64,000 nucleotides of DNA. Source: an uncultured Methanosarcinales archaeon (GTDB taxonomy: Archaea > Nanobdellota > Nanobdellia > Woesearchaeales > ARS49). The translations under genes were made by a program, and so were the position numbers. Location of the stretch: NCBI GenBank assembly GCA_964508495.1, contig CAZDUA010000003.1, forward strand, positions 8,867 to 72,866. The letters run 5' to 3'. Of this stretch, positions 56,321-64,000 are shown piece after piece. The notes beneath the pieces were generated by a model that saw only the letters and a program-made list of their open reading frames with translations, was not told the origin of the DNA and searched no databases. Within the stretch, counting starts at the first letter, position 1; the number at the start of each line of letters is the position of its first letter.

Positions 56321-56584
56321 TTAGTAGAACTCTACTTCCGGTATGTCTCGGTCTTTCTTTTCTTCTGGTGGAGCGTTTGTTGCTGGCGCGCTGTCGAACA
56401 TGCTCATAAGATTTGAAACTGCCGGTGATGGGTTGTCGAATATGTTTGGTTGTGCTTCTGGTTTTTGTTCTGGCGCTGGCTCATTGGTATAAACATCGTG
56501 CCCGCCTACTAGTCCCATCAGCATTTTTATGGCTTTTCGTATTTCGTCTCTAGAATCTGTTTTGGTGTCAATTGTTATTCTCAT
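56321..56584 (-). CDS. Small hypothetical protein (87 aa), Pro/Ala-rich C-terminus
   Basis: ORF only. Confidence 0.25.
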   Translation of the reverse strand: MRITIDTKTDSRDEIRKAIKMLMGLVGGHDVYTNEPAPEQKPEAQPNIFDNPSPAVSNLMSMFDSAPATNAPPEEKKDRDIPEVEFY

Positions 56585-56637
56585 TTCAGCTCTTTTTGTT
56601 TAAAATATTGTCCACGTGACTATAAATACTTTGCGCA

Positions 56638-57204
56638 TTAAAACATGAACATTATCATCGCTGATAATACTATCATGCTTCCAAAGTCTGCTAGTGCTGT
56701 TGCGATTGGTATTAGGTAGTTGTCTGGGTCGTGTTTTTTTCTGTAAACGTAGAATCCTCCTATTGTGCTGACTAGGAATAGTATGAATACGAGCAATATT
56801 GTTGTCAGTATTGAGACTAGAAGTACTTTTTGTGCCAGCATAATATCAAAGGGGAATCCTTTTAGCATTGCTATGAAGTATGCTAGGATCGCAGCGTATA
56901 TTGCTGCTAGAACCGCAATTCCTAGTACGACGAAAAACAGATGGTGTAGTTCTGGTTCTGTCCACCATTTTTTTTCTTTTATTTCTTTTTCGTAAAGCAT
57001 TGTTGTGAATCTTGAGGCTATTATTGTGCCAAAACTTCCTATCATATTGTTTAGGGCTGGAAGCAGAATTAGTATTGGCAATAGCAATGTTAGTTCTGTT
57101 CCTAGTTTTTCAAGTCCTATTCCTCCAAGGCTTGAGATTGCTGATGCTATGATTAGTATTCCTGTGCTTTCGCGCAGTATTTTCCATACGTGGAGTTCTA
57201 TCAT
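56638..57204 (-). CDS. MgtE-family divalent-cation transporter TM-domain protein (half-transporter)
   Basis: DPDNYLIPIATALADFGSMIVL (MgtE DPDN-P-T-D-G signature). Confidence 0.6.
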   Translation of the reverse strand: MIELHVWKILRESTGILIIASAISSLGGIGLEKLGTELTLLLPILILLPALNNMIGSFGTIIASRFTTMLYEKEIKEKKWWTEPELHHLFFVVLGIAVLAAIYAAILAYFIAMLKGFPFDIMLAQKVLLVSILTTILLVFILFLVSTIGGFYVYRKKHDPDNYLIPIATALADFGSMIVLSAMIMFMF

Positions 57205-57740
57205 ATTACGCTCACCGCCAGGTATAATGATGCTATCATGATGATGTCGCCGATGGTTGTAACGTACGGTCCCATTACGTCGTCTGGGTCTATTCCGCGT
57301 TTGAACAGCCAGAATACTGCGGATGTTGTGAGTGGTATCATGAAGATTGCAGAAATTACTGCTGAGATTACTGAGATTGTTATGATTGCTGGGTTTGAGA
57401 TTCCGAATATTAGTTTGGTTGCGATAAAGGCGACCACTCCCAGTACTATTCCGTCAAACAGTGAGAGCAATAGTGATGCTATGCTGTTGTCTCTGATTAT
57501 TTTGCCGTGCGTGAATTTTGGGTTTAGCTTGTGCCGGTGTAGTGCTGAGCCCAATCTTGCTGCCATTGTGCCTGAGATGTCTCCTCTCATGGCGAGCAGT
57601 CCGGGCAGTAGTATGAACAGTCCTGGTTGTGCTATTATTTTGTCAATGAAGAATGTGAGTCCTAGTCCTGCCAGCACTCCGCCTGTTACTGATATGAATT
57701 CTGCGAATAGTATTTCTTCTACTTCGTGTTTTGGATACAT
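57201..57740 (-). CDS. MgtE-family divalent-cation transporter TM-domain protein (second half)
   Basis: LLAMRGDISGTMAARLGSALH and DPDDVMGPYVTTIGDIIMI; ATGA overlap with partner. Confidence 0.6.
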   Translation of the reverse strand: MYPKHEVEEILFAEFISVTGGVLAGLGLTFFIDKIIAQPGLFILLPGLLAMRGDISGTMAARLGSALHRHKLNPKFTHGKIIRDNSIASLLLSLFDGIVLGVVAFIATKLIFGISNPAIITISVISAVISAIFMIPLTTSAVFWLFKRGIDPDDVMGPYVTTIGDIIMIASLYLAVSVI

Positions 57741-57807
57741 GCGCCTCTTTTTTGTGTTGTAATGTCAGAAAAAGCTTTTAAAGTCTTCTGTTGAGGACAA
57801 AAGCTAG

Positions 57808-57879
57808 GAACCCGTGATCTAGCGGTTAGGATTCTTCCTTCACAGGGAAGATGCCCCAGTTCGAATCTGGGCGGGTTCA
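57808..57879 (+). tRNA. tRNA-Val (anticodon CAC)
   Basis: Acceptor GAACCCG/CGGGTTC; anticodon arm CTTCC-TTCACAG-GGAAG; T-arm CCCAG-TTCGAAT-CTGGG; TATA (TTTTAAAG) about 25 nt upstream. Confidence 0.85.
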
Positions 57880-57882
57880 TAG

Positions 57883-57953
57883 GGGGCTGTAGTCTAGTGG
57901 TAGGATACAAGGTTCGGGACCTTGTGACCCGTGTTCGAATCACGGCAGTCCCA
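57883..57953 (+). tRNA. tRNA-Pro (anticodon CGG)
   Basis: Acceptor GGGGCTG/CAGTCCC (one G-U); anticodon arm CAAGG-TTCGGGA-CCTTG; T-arm CCGTG-TTCGAAT-CACGG; 3 nt after tRNA-Val. Confidence 0.85.
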
Positions 57954-57955
57954 CT
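57938..57955 (+). repeat. Direct repeat copy 1 (AATCACGGCAGTCCCACT) = tRNA-Pro 3' end
   Basis: Exact 18-mer repeated at 58084-58101. Confidence 0.8.
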
Positions 57956-58012
57956 GGGCACTGCATAAGTATAGCGAATACAGTGGGTGATTCGAACACT
58001 CCGTTTTCGTGT

Positions 58013-58082
58013 CGGAAAGTTGCTATAGTCATATTGTGATACTCCAACTTTCCGAGCAACTTGGCAAACGCGGTTTGCCAAG
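58013..58082 (+). other. Two perfect 10-bp hairpins between the repeat copies
   Basis: CGGAAAGTTG(58013-22)…CAACTTTCCG(58045-54) with 22-nt loop; CTTGGCAAAC(58060-69)-GCG-GTTTGCCAAG(58073-82). Confidence 0.6.
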
Positions 58083-58083
58083 T

Positions 58084-58101
58084 AATCACGGCAGTCCCAC
58101 T
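58084..58101 (+). repeat. Direct repeat copy 2 (AATCACGGCAGTCCCACT); degenerate third copy CACGCCAGTCCCA at 58113-58125
   Basis: Exact match to the tRNA-Pro 3' end 146 bp upstream. Confidence 0.8.
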
Positions 58102-58159
58102 TGCACGTTAAGCACGCCAGTCCCATACTTTTATAAACGAATTCTGTTGTAAAATAATC

Positions 58160-58744
58160 ATGGAATGGGTTAACCCGTTGTATTTGAAGAGCGTGGCAGG
58201 TTTGAAAAGGCAGTTTGCTTCCAACAAGCCTTTCCCATATCTCGTTCTCGGCAATTTTTTTGCTAAAAAGATTGAGAAGGTTGCCCATCAGTTGCTGAAG
58301 GAGAAGTTTTACGAGCATAATTCTGATCTGTTTCAGTTTGAGCAGACTGATGATTGTAAGAATGCTAAGCAAACTGCGGTCAAGGAGTTCTATAAGTTCT
58401 TTGGCTCGAGAGAGTTTACTGATTTTGTTTCAAAAGTAACCAGCACTAAGCTCAAATTCATCGACATGTCTGGTTTTATTTATGACGATACTGATTATTT
58501 GTTGCCTCATGATGACCGTTTGTCAGGTAGAAAGATTGCTTATGTCGTGCAGTTAGGGGATGATTTCATTGAAAATGATGGCGGCGCTTTGCAGTTCTTT
58601 AAAGGCAATGAAATTGTAAAGTCAATTCCTCCCCGTTTTAACACTTTTTCCATATTCAAAGTTTCTCCTAAATCTTTGCATCAGGTTCAGGAAGTTATGG
58701 GTAAAAAGCGCAGGATTTCTTTTGCCGGGTGGTTCCATGGTTGA
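58160..58744 (+). CDS. 2-oxoglutarate/Fe(II)-dependent dioxygenase (prolyl-hydroxylase-like double-stranded beta-helix)
   Basis: HxD…H facial triad LLPHDDRLSG … SLHQV; Arg RRISFAGWFH; TATA 27 nt upstream. Confidence 0.45.
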   Translation: MEWVNPLYLKSVAGLKRQFASNKPFPYLVLGNFFAKKIEKVAHQLLKEKFYEHNSDLFQFEQTDDCKNAKQTAVKEFYKFFGSREFTDFVSKVTSTKLKFIDMSGFIYDDTDYLLPHDDRLSGRKIAYVVQLGDDFIENDGGALQFFKGNEIVKSIPPRFNTFSIFKVSPKSLHQVQEVMGKKRRISFAGWFHG

Positions 58745-59264
58745 CTGGCTGAGCAGTGCTTATGATGAGGATGCGTTGCATCAGGCGCAGAGGAGTTTCG
58801 GTCTTTCCGGTAATATTCAGTTGCAGTCTTTTCTTTCAGAAAAGGGTCTTGCACTTTTCAAACATTTGAAATTCAGGCACGTTTATGTTCCTGAGAAGTA
58901 TTGTTACAGCATTGCTGACGCTCCTGAATTGAAGGATTTTAACGCGGTTCTTTCTTCAATCGTTGGAGAGAAGGTGAAAGCCAAGTCGGTTTTTTGCTTT
59001 ATGTTCAGCAAGGGCGATTATAGTCTGCTTTACGACGCAATCAAGCCCGGCTCGGGAGTTGCATTTTTCTTGGACTTGTTTGATTTTGATGAGTCTTCGG
59101 GCGGTTTTTCTTCTTTTTTGAAAGACAGCAAAGAGGTCTTCCGTGTGGTTGCAAAGTCCAATTCTCTTACTTTAGTCAATCAGTCTGGTCTGAAGAATTT
59201 TGTTAAGTACGTTAACCATCGTGCTCAAAATCCGCGCGTTTTCTTATATGGCGTGCTACAATAA
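58737..59264 (+). CDS. Hypothetical protein, probable C-terminal partner or domain of the 2OG oxygenase (overlapping, different frame)
   Basis: ATG 58737 overlaps the stop at 58742-44; 176 aa. Confidence 0.3.
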   Translation: MVDWLSSAYDEDALHQAQRSFGLSGNIQLQSFLSEKGLALFKHLKFRHVYVPEKYCYSIADAPELKDFNAVLSSIVGEKVKAKSVFCFMFSKGDYSLLYDAIKPGSGVAFFLDLFDFDESSGGFSSFLKDSKEVFRVVAKSNSLTLVNQSGLKNFVKYVNHRAQNPRVFLYGVLQ

Positions 59265-59290
59265 TCATTATAAATGATTGTTGTCGTTAA

Positions 59291-59866
59291 TTGCGCATGC
59301 ATTTGAGTCGTAATGTTTTGAAGGAGTTGATTCTCAATAAGCAGCTTATCACTGATTATGAGGATGTTGATAAACAGCTGACAGCCAACGGTTTTGACGT
59401 GCGCCTTGGAGCAATCGTTGAAGTGATTGATGGCGGGCGTTTGGCGATTTCTAAGTCTGACCATGTTGCTCCTAAGCTTGGCACTGCTGTTGTTTTGAAG
59501 GGTTTTGAGAACCGCTTGCAGGGTTATGATATTAAGGAGGTTCAGGTTGTTGATGAGGGTGTTGTGAAGCTTAATCGTTTGAAACCGTATCTTGTTATTC
59601 CTTGTGAGTCTCTTAATACTCCTGATAATTTGATGTTTCATATTCAGCCAAGGTCTTCTTTGTTTAGAATTACTCAGTCGATGCTCGGCCACGCTTTTGG
59701 CGAAGCCGGTTTTAAGGGTTTTCTCACTTTTATGCTTTTTCCTGTTCTTGACAGTGAGATTGAGCTTGGCGCTCGTATTGCTCAGTTGTCTTTTTCTGAG
59801 CTTAAGGGCGAGGCTAGTTATGCTGACCAGAAAGAAACCAATTATCAGGGCGGCAAGCTTTTCTAG
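59291..59866 (+). CDS. dcd: dCTP deaminase / dUTPase-family protein
   Basis: ANGFDVRLG…, GFKGFLTFMLF, GARIAQLSF. Confidence 0.65.
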   Translation: MRMHLSRNVLKELILNKQLITDYEDVDKQLTANGFDVRLGAIVEVIDGGRLAISKSDHVAPKLGTAVVLKGFENRLQGYDIKEVQVVDEGVVKLNRLKPYLVIPCESLNTPDNLMFHIQPRSSLFRITQSMLGHAFGEAGFKGFLTFMLFPVLDSEIELGARIAQLSFSELKGEASYADQKETNYQGGKLF

Positions 59867-60654
59867 CCGTATATTCTCTGAAAATTCAACCAGACATTGT
59901 TCGCTACTTCTTCTGGCTCGAACTTTTTTATTTGCGCTATCTTGTCGATTACCGTTTTAACATTCTCGGGCATGTTCGGAAAACTGCCGTCTGGCGATAA
60001 GTAAGGTCCATCAGTCTCGGTTGTTAGCTGATTGATGCTGACCATCTCAACTAATACTTGAAAATGTTGGCTTCGCGCAATGCTTGTAGGAACAGAGAAG
60101 ATAAAGCCTGCATCTGCTGCTTTTTTAATCAAACTTTTTCTGCCTTCGAAGCAGTGCAGTACGACATTTTTTAGCTTGCTTGATATTAGCATGTCTATGC
60201 AGTCTTGTTCTGCTTTGCGTGTATGAACAATTATTGGTTTCTTTAATTTTTCAACAAACTCTATTATTCGCGCAAAATTCTCTCTTTCTTTTTTCTGTAA
60301 TTCCAAATCTTTTACCCAGTGGTAATCTAGTCCCACTTCTCCTACTGCTGCTATCTTTTCTTTATTCTGTTTTATGAACTCGAATTCCTTGTCTAAATCA
60401 ATTGGTCCTTTGTGTGTTGTTAGCCCTCCTTCCACGTCTTGTTCTAGTCCAAGCGCGTCTACTGGATAAATTCCTAAGCTTGCTCTTACCATTGGATATT
60501 TTTTGGCTATTTCTAGTGCTTCTCTGTTTGTTGGAGGGTTTATTCCTGAACAAATGATTGCCTTGACTCCTGCTTTTTTTGCATTGTCTATGACTTTGTC
60601 TAGGTCTGTGTATGCTTTGTGCATTAGATGGCAGTGGTCGTCTACTAAAATCAT
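59863..60654 (-). CDS. TatD-family metal-dependent hydrolase/DNase
   Basis: MILVDDHCHL N-terminus; 263 aa TIM-barrel layout. Confidence 0.8.
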   Translation of the reverse strand: MILVDDHCHLMHKAYTDLDKVIDNAKKAGVKAIICSGINPPTNREALEIAKKYPMVRASLGIYPVDALGLEQDVEGGLTTHKGPIDLDKEFEFIKQNKEKIAAVGEVGLDYHWVKDLELQKKERENFARIIEFVEKLKKPIIVHTRKAEQDCIDMLISSKLKNVVLHCFEGRKSLIKKAADAGFIFSVPTSIARSQHFQVLVEMVSINQLTTETDGPYLSPDGSFPNMPENVKTVIDKIAQIKKFEPEEVANNVWLNFQRIYG

Positions 60655-61490
60655 ATGTGTTTCGAGAAGAAGTCTTTGATTCTTGCTTTATATTCTTTGG
60701 GGTTTGTCGTGTAGCTCATTCCGTGGTCTGCTCCTTCTATTATCCATAGCTGTGCCAGTTTTTTGTCCGCAGAATCATATATTTTTTGTGTCTGGCTTAT
60801 TGGTATCTGTGAGTCAGCATCTCCGTGTATTAGTAGTGTTGGTACGGTTACTCTTGCCTCATACTTTTTGGCGTCCAACCCGTAGAATAGTTTGCCATAA
60901 AATTCTGTCATCCAGACAAATGGGAACTTCAATGGTCCAAGGTAGAAGTATGTTTGTTCTATTATGTCGTGTATGCTGGAATAAGCGCTGTCTGAGACTA
61001 TTGCTTTAATTTTTGGATGTTTTGCTGCTAAGAATGTGAAAGCGCTTAGTGAGAATCCGTATGCTCCGTATGTATGGTTTATGTCTTTTCTGCTGTCTAA
61101 ATATTTTATTGCCGCGTTGAAATCTTGTATTTCTTTTACTCCTCCTGTCGTGCTTGTTCCGTGGCTTTCTCCGAATGACCTGAAGTCGAATAAGAAAAGA
61201 GTATAATCCGGATGTAAAAACGTGACAACGGGGAGTATGTTTCCTTTGTCAAACGGGTACCCGTGTCCAACGATTATTGTTGGTGTTTTTTTCTTTCCTG
61301 GTATTAGCCATCCTGTCAGCGTTAGCCCGTCTTGTGTTTTGAACTGCACTTTCTCATATTCTAATCCATAATTTATTGGAGTGTCTCTGCTTCTGAATTT
61401 TGGCGGGTGCGTGTTGAGCCAGAAGTTGAGCAGTGAGAATAGTATGATGAACCCGATTATGTAACCAGCATATTTAATCCATGGCGTCAT
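60651..61490 (-). CDS. Alpha/beta-hydrolase fold protein with N-terminal TM anchor
   Basis: GHGYP…FDFRSFGESHG…GAYGFSLSA nucleophile elbow-like; HGDAD…; ADHG. Confidence 0.5.
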   Translation of the reverse strand: MTPWIKYAGYIIGFIILFSLLNFWLNTHPPKFRSRDTPINYGLEYEKVQFKTQDGLTLTGWLIPGKKKTPTIIVGHGYPFDKGNILPVVTFLHPDYTLFLFDFRSFGESHGTSTTGGVKEIQDFNAAIKYLDSRKDINHTYGAYGFSLSAFTFLAAKHPKIKAIVSDSAYSSIHDIIEQTYFYLGPLKFPFVWMTEFYGKLFYGLDAKKYEARVTVPTLLIHGDADSQIPISQTQKIYDSADKKLAQLWIIEGADHGMSYTTNPKEYKARIKDFFSKHI

Positions 61491-62452
61491 AATATTCTGT
61501 AAATTTCAACTGCGAGGAATACAAGGTATAATCCTACGAATACTATTCCATGTTTCCACGTGAGTTCTTTTTTGTTCATCCAGAACATCATTAGCGTTAT
61601 TGCTGCGGCAAGGAAGAATAGCGCGTTGGCTGCTTGTGCAATATTCACTTCTATTGGTCTGAACAGTGCGACTAGTCCGAAGAACAGGAGCAGTTCTATT
61701 ATTAATGAGCCCAATAAGTCTCCTAGTCCTATGCCTGCGTGTTTTTTGTATAGGGAGCGGAGTTCTACTGCGATGTCAGGAAGTGTTGTTCCGATTCCGA
61801 TGACTGTTAATGCAATGAAATAGTTTGGAAGCGAGAAATAGTCTGCGATTCTTATGCTGCTTACTACGAGCCATTTGCCTGATAGCATGAGTGCGACAAA
61901 ACAGCCTAGGAAGATGAACATGTCTTTCCATATTGCTTTGAATTGGACTTGCTTTTTGATTTTGCCGAACGTGCCTTCCATCCTCCAAAGGTTTAGGAGG
62001 TATATCAGGAAGGCAATTACGAGTATTGCTCCGTCTGGCCGGCTTAGTTGTCCGTCAAGCGCGAGTATGAATGGGAGCATGAGTGCTGCCCACATTGCGA
62101 ATCTTTGTTTTGTGAATATGTTTGATTCGAGTTTTATCTTTTTGCCAAGTATGGCTATGATTCCCAGGGCGAATGCAGCGTGCACCATGTTCGTTCCGAT
62201 TATTGCTCCGAATCCTACGCTCGCGCTTCCTGCAAGGAATCCTGATAGCGAGCTGATGATTTCTGGCGCGGATGCCGCCATGGCAACAACCACTAATCCT
62301 ATGATTGCATCGCTCAGGCCAAGTTTTTTTGCGTAATCGCTTATTCCGTCAAGAAGCAGGTCTGCGCTTTTGAATAGTATGTATAGGCTTGCTGCTAGTA
62401 TTATTCCATTAAATAGAAGTGGGTGTGCTAGTGCCTCAGGTATTATTGACAT
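61487..62452 (-). CDS. Cation:Ca2+ antiporter (CaCA/YrbG-like Na+/Ca2+ exchanger family)
   Basis: Two alpha-repeats: GAIIGTNMVHAAFALG and IGIGTTLPDIAVELRSL. Confidence 0.7.
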   Translation of the reverse strand: MSIIPEALAHPLLFNGIILAASLYILFKSADLLLDGISDYAKKLGLSDAIIGLVVVAMAASAPEIISSLSGFLAGSASVGFGAIIGTNMVHAAFALGIIAILGKKIKLESNIFTKQRFAMWAALMLPFILALDGQLSRPDGAILVIAFLIYLLNLWRMEGTFGKIKKQVQFKAIWKDMFIFLGCFVALMLSGKWLVVSSIRIADYFSLPNYFIALTVIGIGTTLPDIAVELRSLYKKHAGIGLGDLLGSLIIELLLFFGLVALFRPIEVNIAQAANALFFLAAAITLMMFWMNKKELTWKHGIVFVGLYLVFLAVEIYRIL

Positions 62453-62543
62453 TTTGCCTCTTTTTGTGTGCTTTTAAAAGATAATTGCTTATATATTTAC
62501 TTATTCGTAAACCTTATATACTGCTTCCTTTCACCTGAAAGTT

Positions 62544-62951
62544 ATGCCAGTTGTCGGTTTAGCGTTTAACAAAATTGTTGTTGAGAAGCACAACCCTGTT
62601 AAGGGTAAAGTGCAGGTTAACAATAATGTTACTCTGAAGGATGTTGAAAAGACTGATTTGAGTATTGGTAGTTCTAAGCAGGGCGCTTTGAAGTTTCATT
62701 TTGAGTTTACTGCTAAGTACGAGCCAAAAATTGCCGATATTACTATGGTTGGATTTTTGACTTTTTTTGAAAAGCCTGAAGCTGTCAAGGAGATTCTTGA
62801 TGGCTGGAAGAAGGACAAGAAAATTCCCAAGGAAATTATGTCTAGTGTTTTGAACACTGTTCTTTCAAGGTGTAATGTTGAAGCAATGTTGTTAGCAAGA
62901 GAAGTTAACTTGCCTCCCCCAATTCCTTTGCCTAAAGTAACTGTTAAGTGA
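62544..62951 (+). CDS. Hypothetical protein (135 aa) upstream of cdc48
   Basis: ORF with TATA-like ACCTTATATACTGC upstream. Confidence 0.3.
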   Translation: MPVVGLAFNKIVVEKHNPVKGKVQVNNNVTLKDVEKTDLSIGSSKQGALKFHFEFTAKYEPKIADITMVGFLTFFEKPEAVKEILDGWKKDKKIPKEIMSSVLNTVLSRCNVEAMLLAREVNLPPPIPLPKVTVK

Positions 62952-63013
62952 TTTTCTACTGTTTAGGAAAGACTTTTAAATGATGAGTGCTATAATATGC
63001 ATGGGTGTAGGGT

Positions 63014-64000
63014 ATGCCAGCTGATATTAAACTAAAAGTTGCAGAAGCTATACAGGACGACGTTAACAAAGGTATTGTTAGGGTTGACTCTAGTTTTATG
63101 CGTGAGATTGATGTTCGCCCTGGTGATATTGTTGAGATTGAGGGCACTAGGAAGACTGTTGCGATTGTTGACCGTGCTTACCCTGGTGATATTGGGCTGA
63201 ATATTATCCGTATGGATGGTCTTTCTCGTAAGAACGCTCGTACTTCTATTGGCGAGCTTATTGCTGTCAGGAAGGCTAAGGTTGAGCCTGCCAAGAAGGT
63301 TGTTATTGCTCCTGCAAGGGAAGGCATTGTTGTTCGTGCTAGTGCTAACATTTTCAAGCAGGGTCTTTTGGGGCGTGCTTTGACTAAGGGCGATATTATT
63401 TCTCTTGGTGGTACCAGAAGGCGTCGTACTGCTATGAGCCAGAGTCCTTTTTTTGATGAAGTTTTCAACATGATGGAAGAAAGCATGATGGCCTATGGTT
63501 TTGGTGACTTGAAGTTTGTTGTTGCTGAAACTAATCCTAAGATTCCTGTGATTATTACGGAGCAGACTGAGGTTGTTTTGAATTCTGAGGCTGTTGAGAT
63601 TAAGGATGAGGCTATTCTTGAGGTTTCTTATGAGGACATTGGCGGTCTTGAAGAGGAGATTAAGAACGTACGCGAGATGATTGAGCTTCCGTTGAAGCAT
63701 CCTGAGATTTTTGAGCGTTTGGGCGTTGAGCCTCCAAAGGGAGTTCTATTGCATGGTCCTCCTGGTACTGGTAAGACTCTTTTGGCTAAAGCGGTAGCAA
63801 ACGAAACTAATGCGCATTTCATTTTAATCAATGGTCCTGAGATTATGTCCAAGTATTACGGTCAGTCTGAGGAAAATCTTAGAAAGAAGTTTGAGGAAGC
63901 AGAAAAGAATGCTCCTTCAATAATCTTCATTGATGAGATTGATGCTATTGCGACAAAGCGTGAGGAAACTAAGGGCGAGGTTGAACGTCGTGTTGTTGCT
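63014..64000 (+). CDS. cdc48: Cdc48/VCP-like AAA+ ATPase (N-domain + start of D1), truncated by the window edge
   Basis: [12 protein letters not shown]…[12 protein letters not shown]-domain; Walker [16 protein letters not shown]; Walker B IIFIDEID; no stop before the window end. Confidence 0.9.
   Translation, partial: MPADIKLKVAEAIQDDVNKGIVRVDSSFMREIDVRPGDIVEIEGTRKTVAIVDRAYPGDIGLNIIRMDGLSRKNARTSIGELIAVRKAKVEPAKKVVIAPAREGIVVRASANIFKQGLLGRALTKGDIISLGGTRRRRTAMSQSPFFDEVFNMMEESMMAYGFGDLKFVVAETNPKIPVIITEQTEVVLNSEAVEIKDEAILEVSYEDIGGLEEEIKNVREMIELPLKHPEIFERLGVEPPKGVLLHGPPGTGKTLLAKAVANETNAHFILINGPEIMSKYYGQSEENLRKKFEEAEKNAPSIIFIDEIDAIATKREETKGEVERRVVA

Noticed and set aside
57956-58083. MITE-like miniature transposon between the 18-bp direct repeats
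   Set aside because: No terminal inverted repeats at the segment ends; interpreted as a scar or structured RNA instead.
63032-63852. Minus-strand ORFs 63032-63700, 63178-63486, 63628-63852
   Set aside because: Antisense to the well-supported Cdc48 N-domain/D1 coding sequence.
1-64000. CRISPR arrays, transposases, integrases
   Set aside because: No regularly spaced direct repeats and no ORF with transposase or integrase motifs were seen.

Overview
This 64 kb window is a densely packed, AT-rich (about 40% GC) archaeal chromosome segment. Archaeal hallmarks are aIF5B, aRF1 with NIKS and GGQ motifs, L37ae-RpoP-prefoldin beta, L40e, aIF5A, Orc1/Cdc6, archaeal-type AlaRS, SMC, RtcB with archease, and Cdc48. 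Most proteins are compact, starts and stops often overlap, and a TTTATAAA-like TATA box sits about 22-25 nt upstream of most start codons, indicating leaderless mRNAs. This is consistent with a small-genome (DPANN-like) archaeon. I could find five tRNA genes: Gly-TCC, initiator Met, Ser-GCT, Val-CAC and Pro-CGG. I found no CRISPR array and no obvious transposase or integrase gene. The items I would look at first are: (1) a three-gene succinyl-CoA-synthetase-like beta/alpha plus citrate-synthase-like module that looks like a split ATP-citrate lyase; (2) a bona fide GGDEF diguanylate cyclase, plus a second nucleotide-cyclase-fold (DUF3095-like) protein, in an archaeon; (3) a translationally coupled four-gene operon with three tandem paralogs of an unknown small-protein family; (4) a truncated class-I LysRS-like protein co-transcribed with a Hanks-type kinase; (5) an 18-bp exact duplication of the tRNA-Pro 3' end flanking a 128-bp segment carrying two perfect 10-bp hairpins; and (6) HEPN/DUF4145, a truncated NFACT-N (Rqc2-like) protein, an HPF-like protein and a split 2OG-oxygenase. 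All functional calls rest on motifs read by eye; none has been confirmed by database search.
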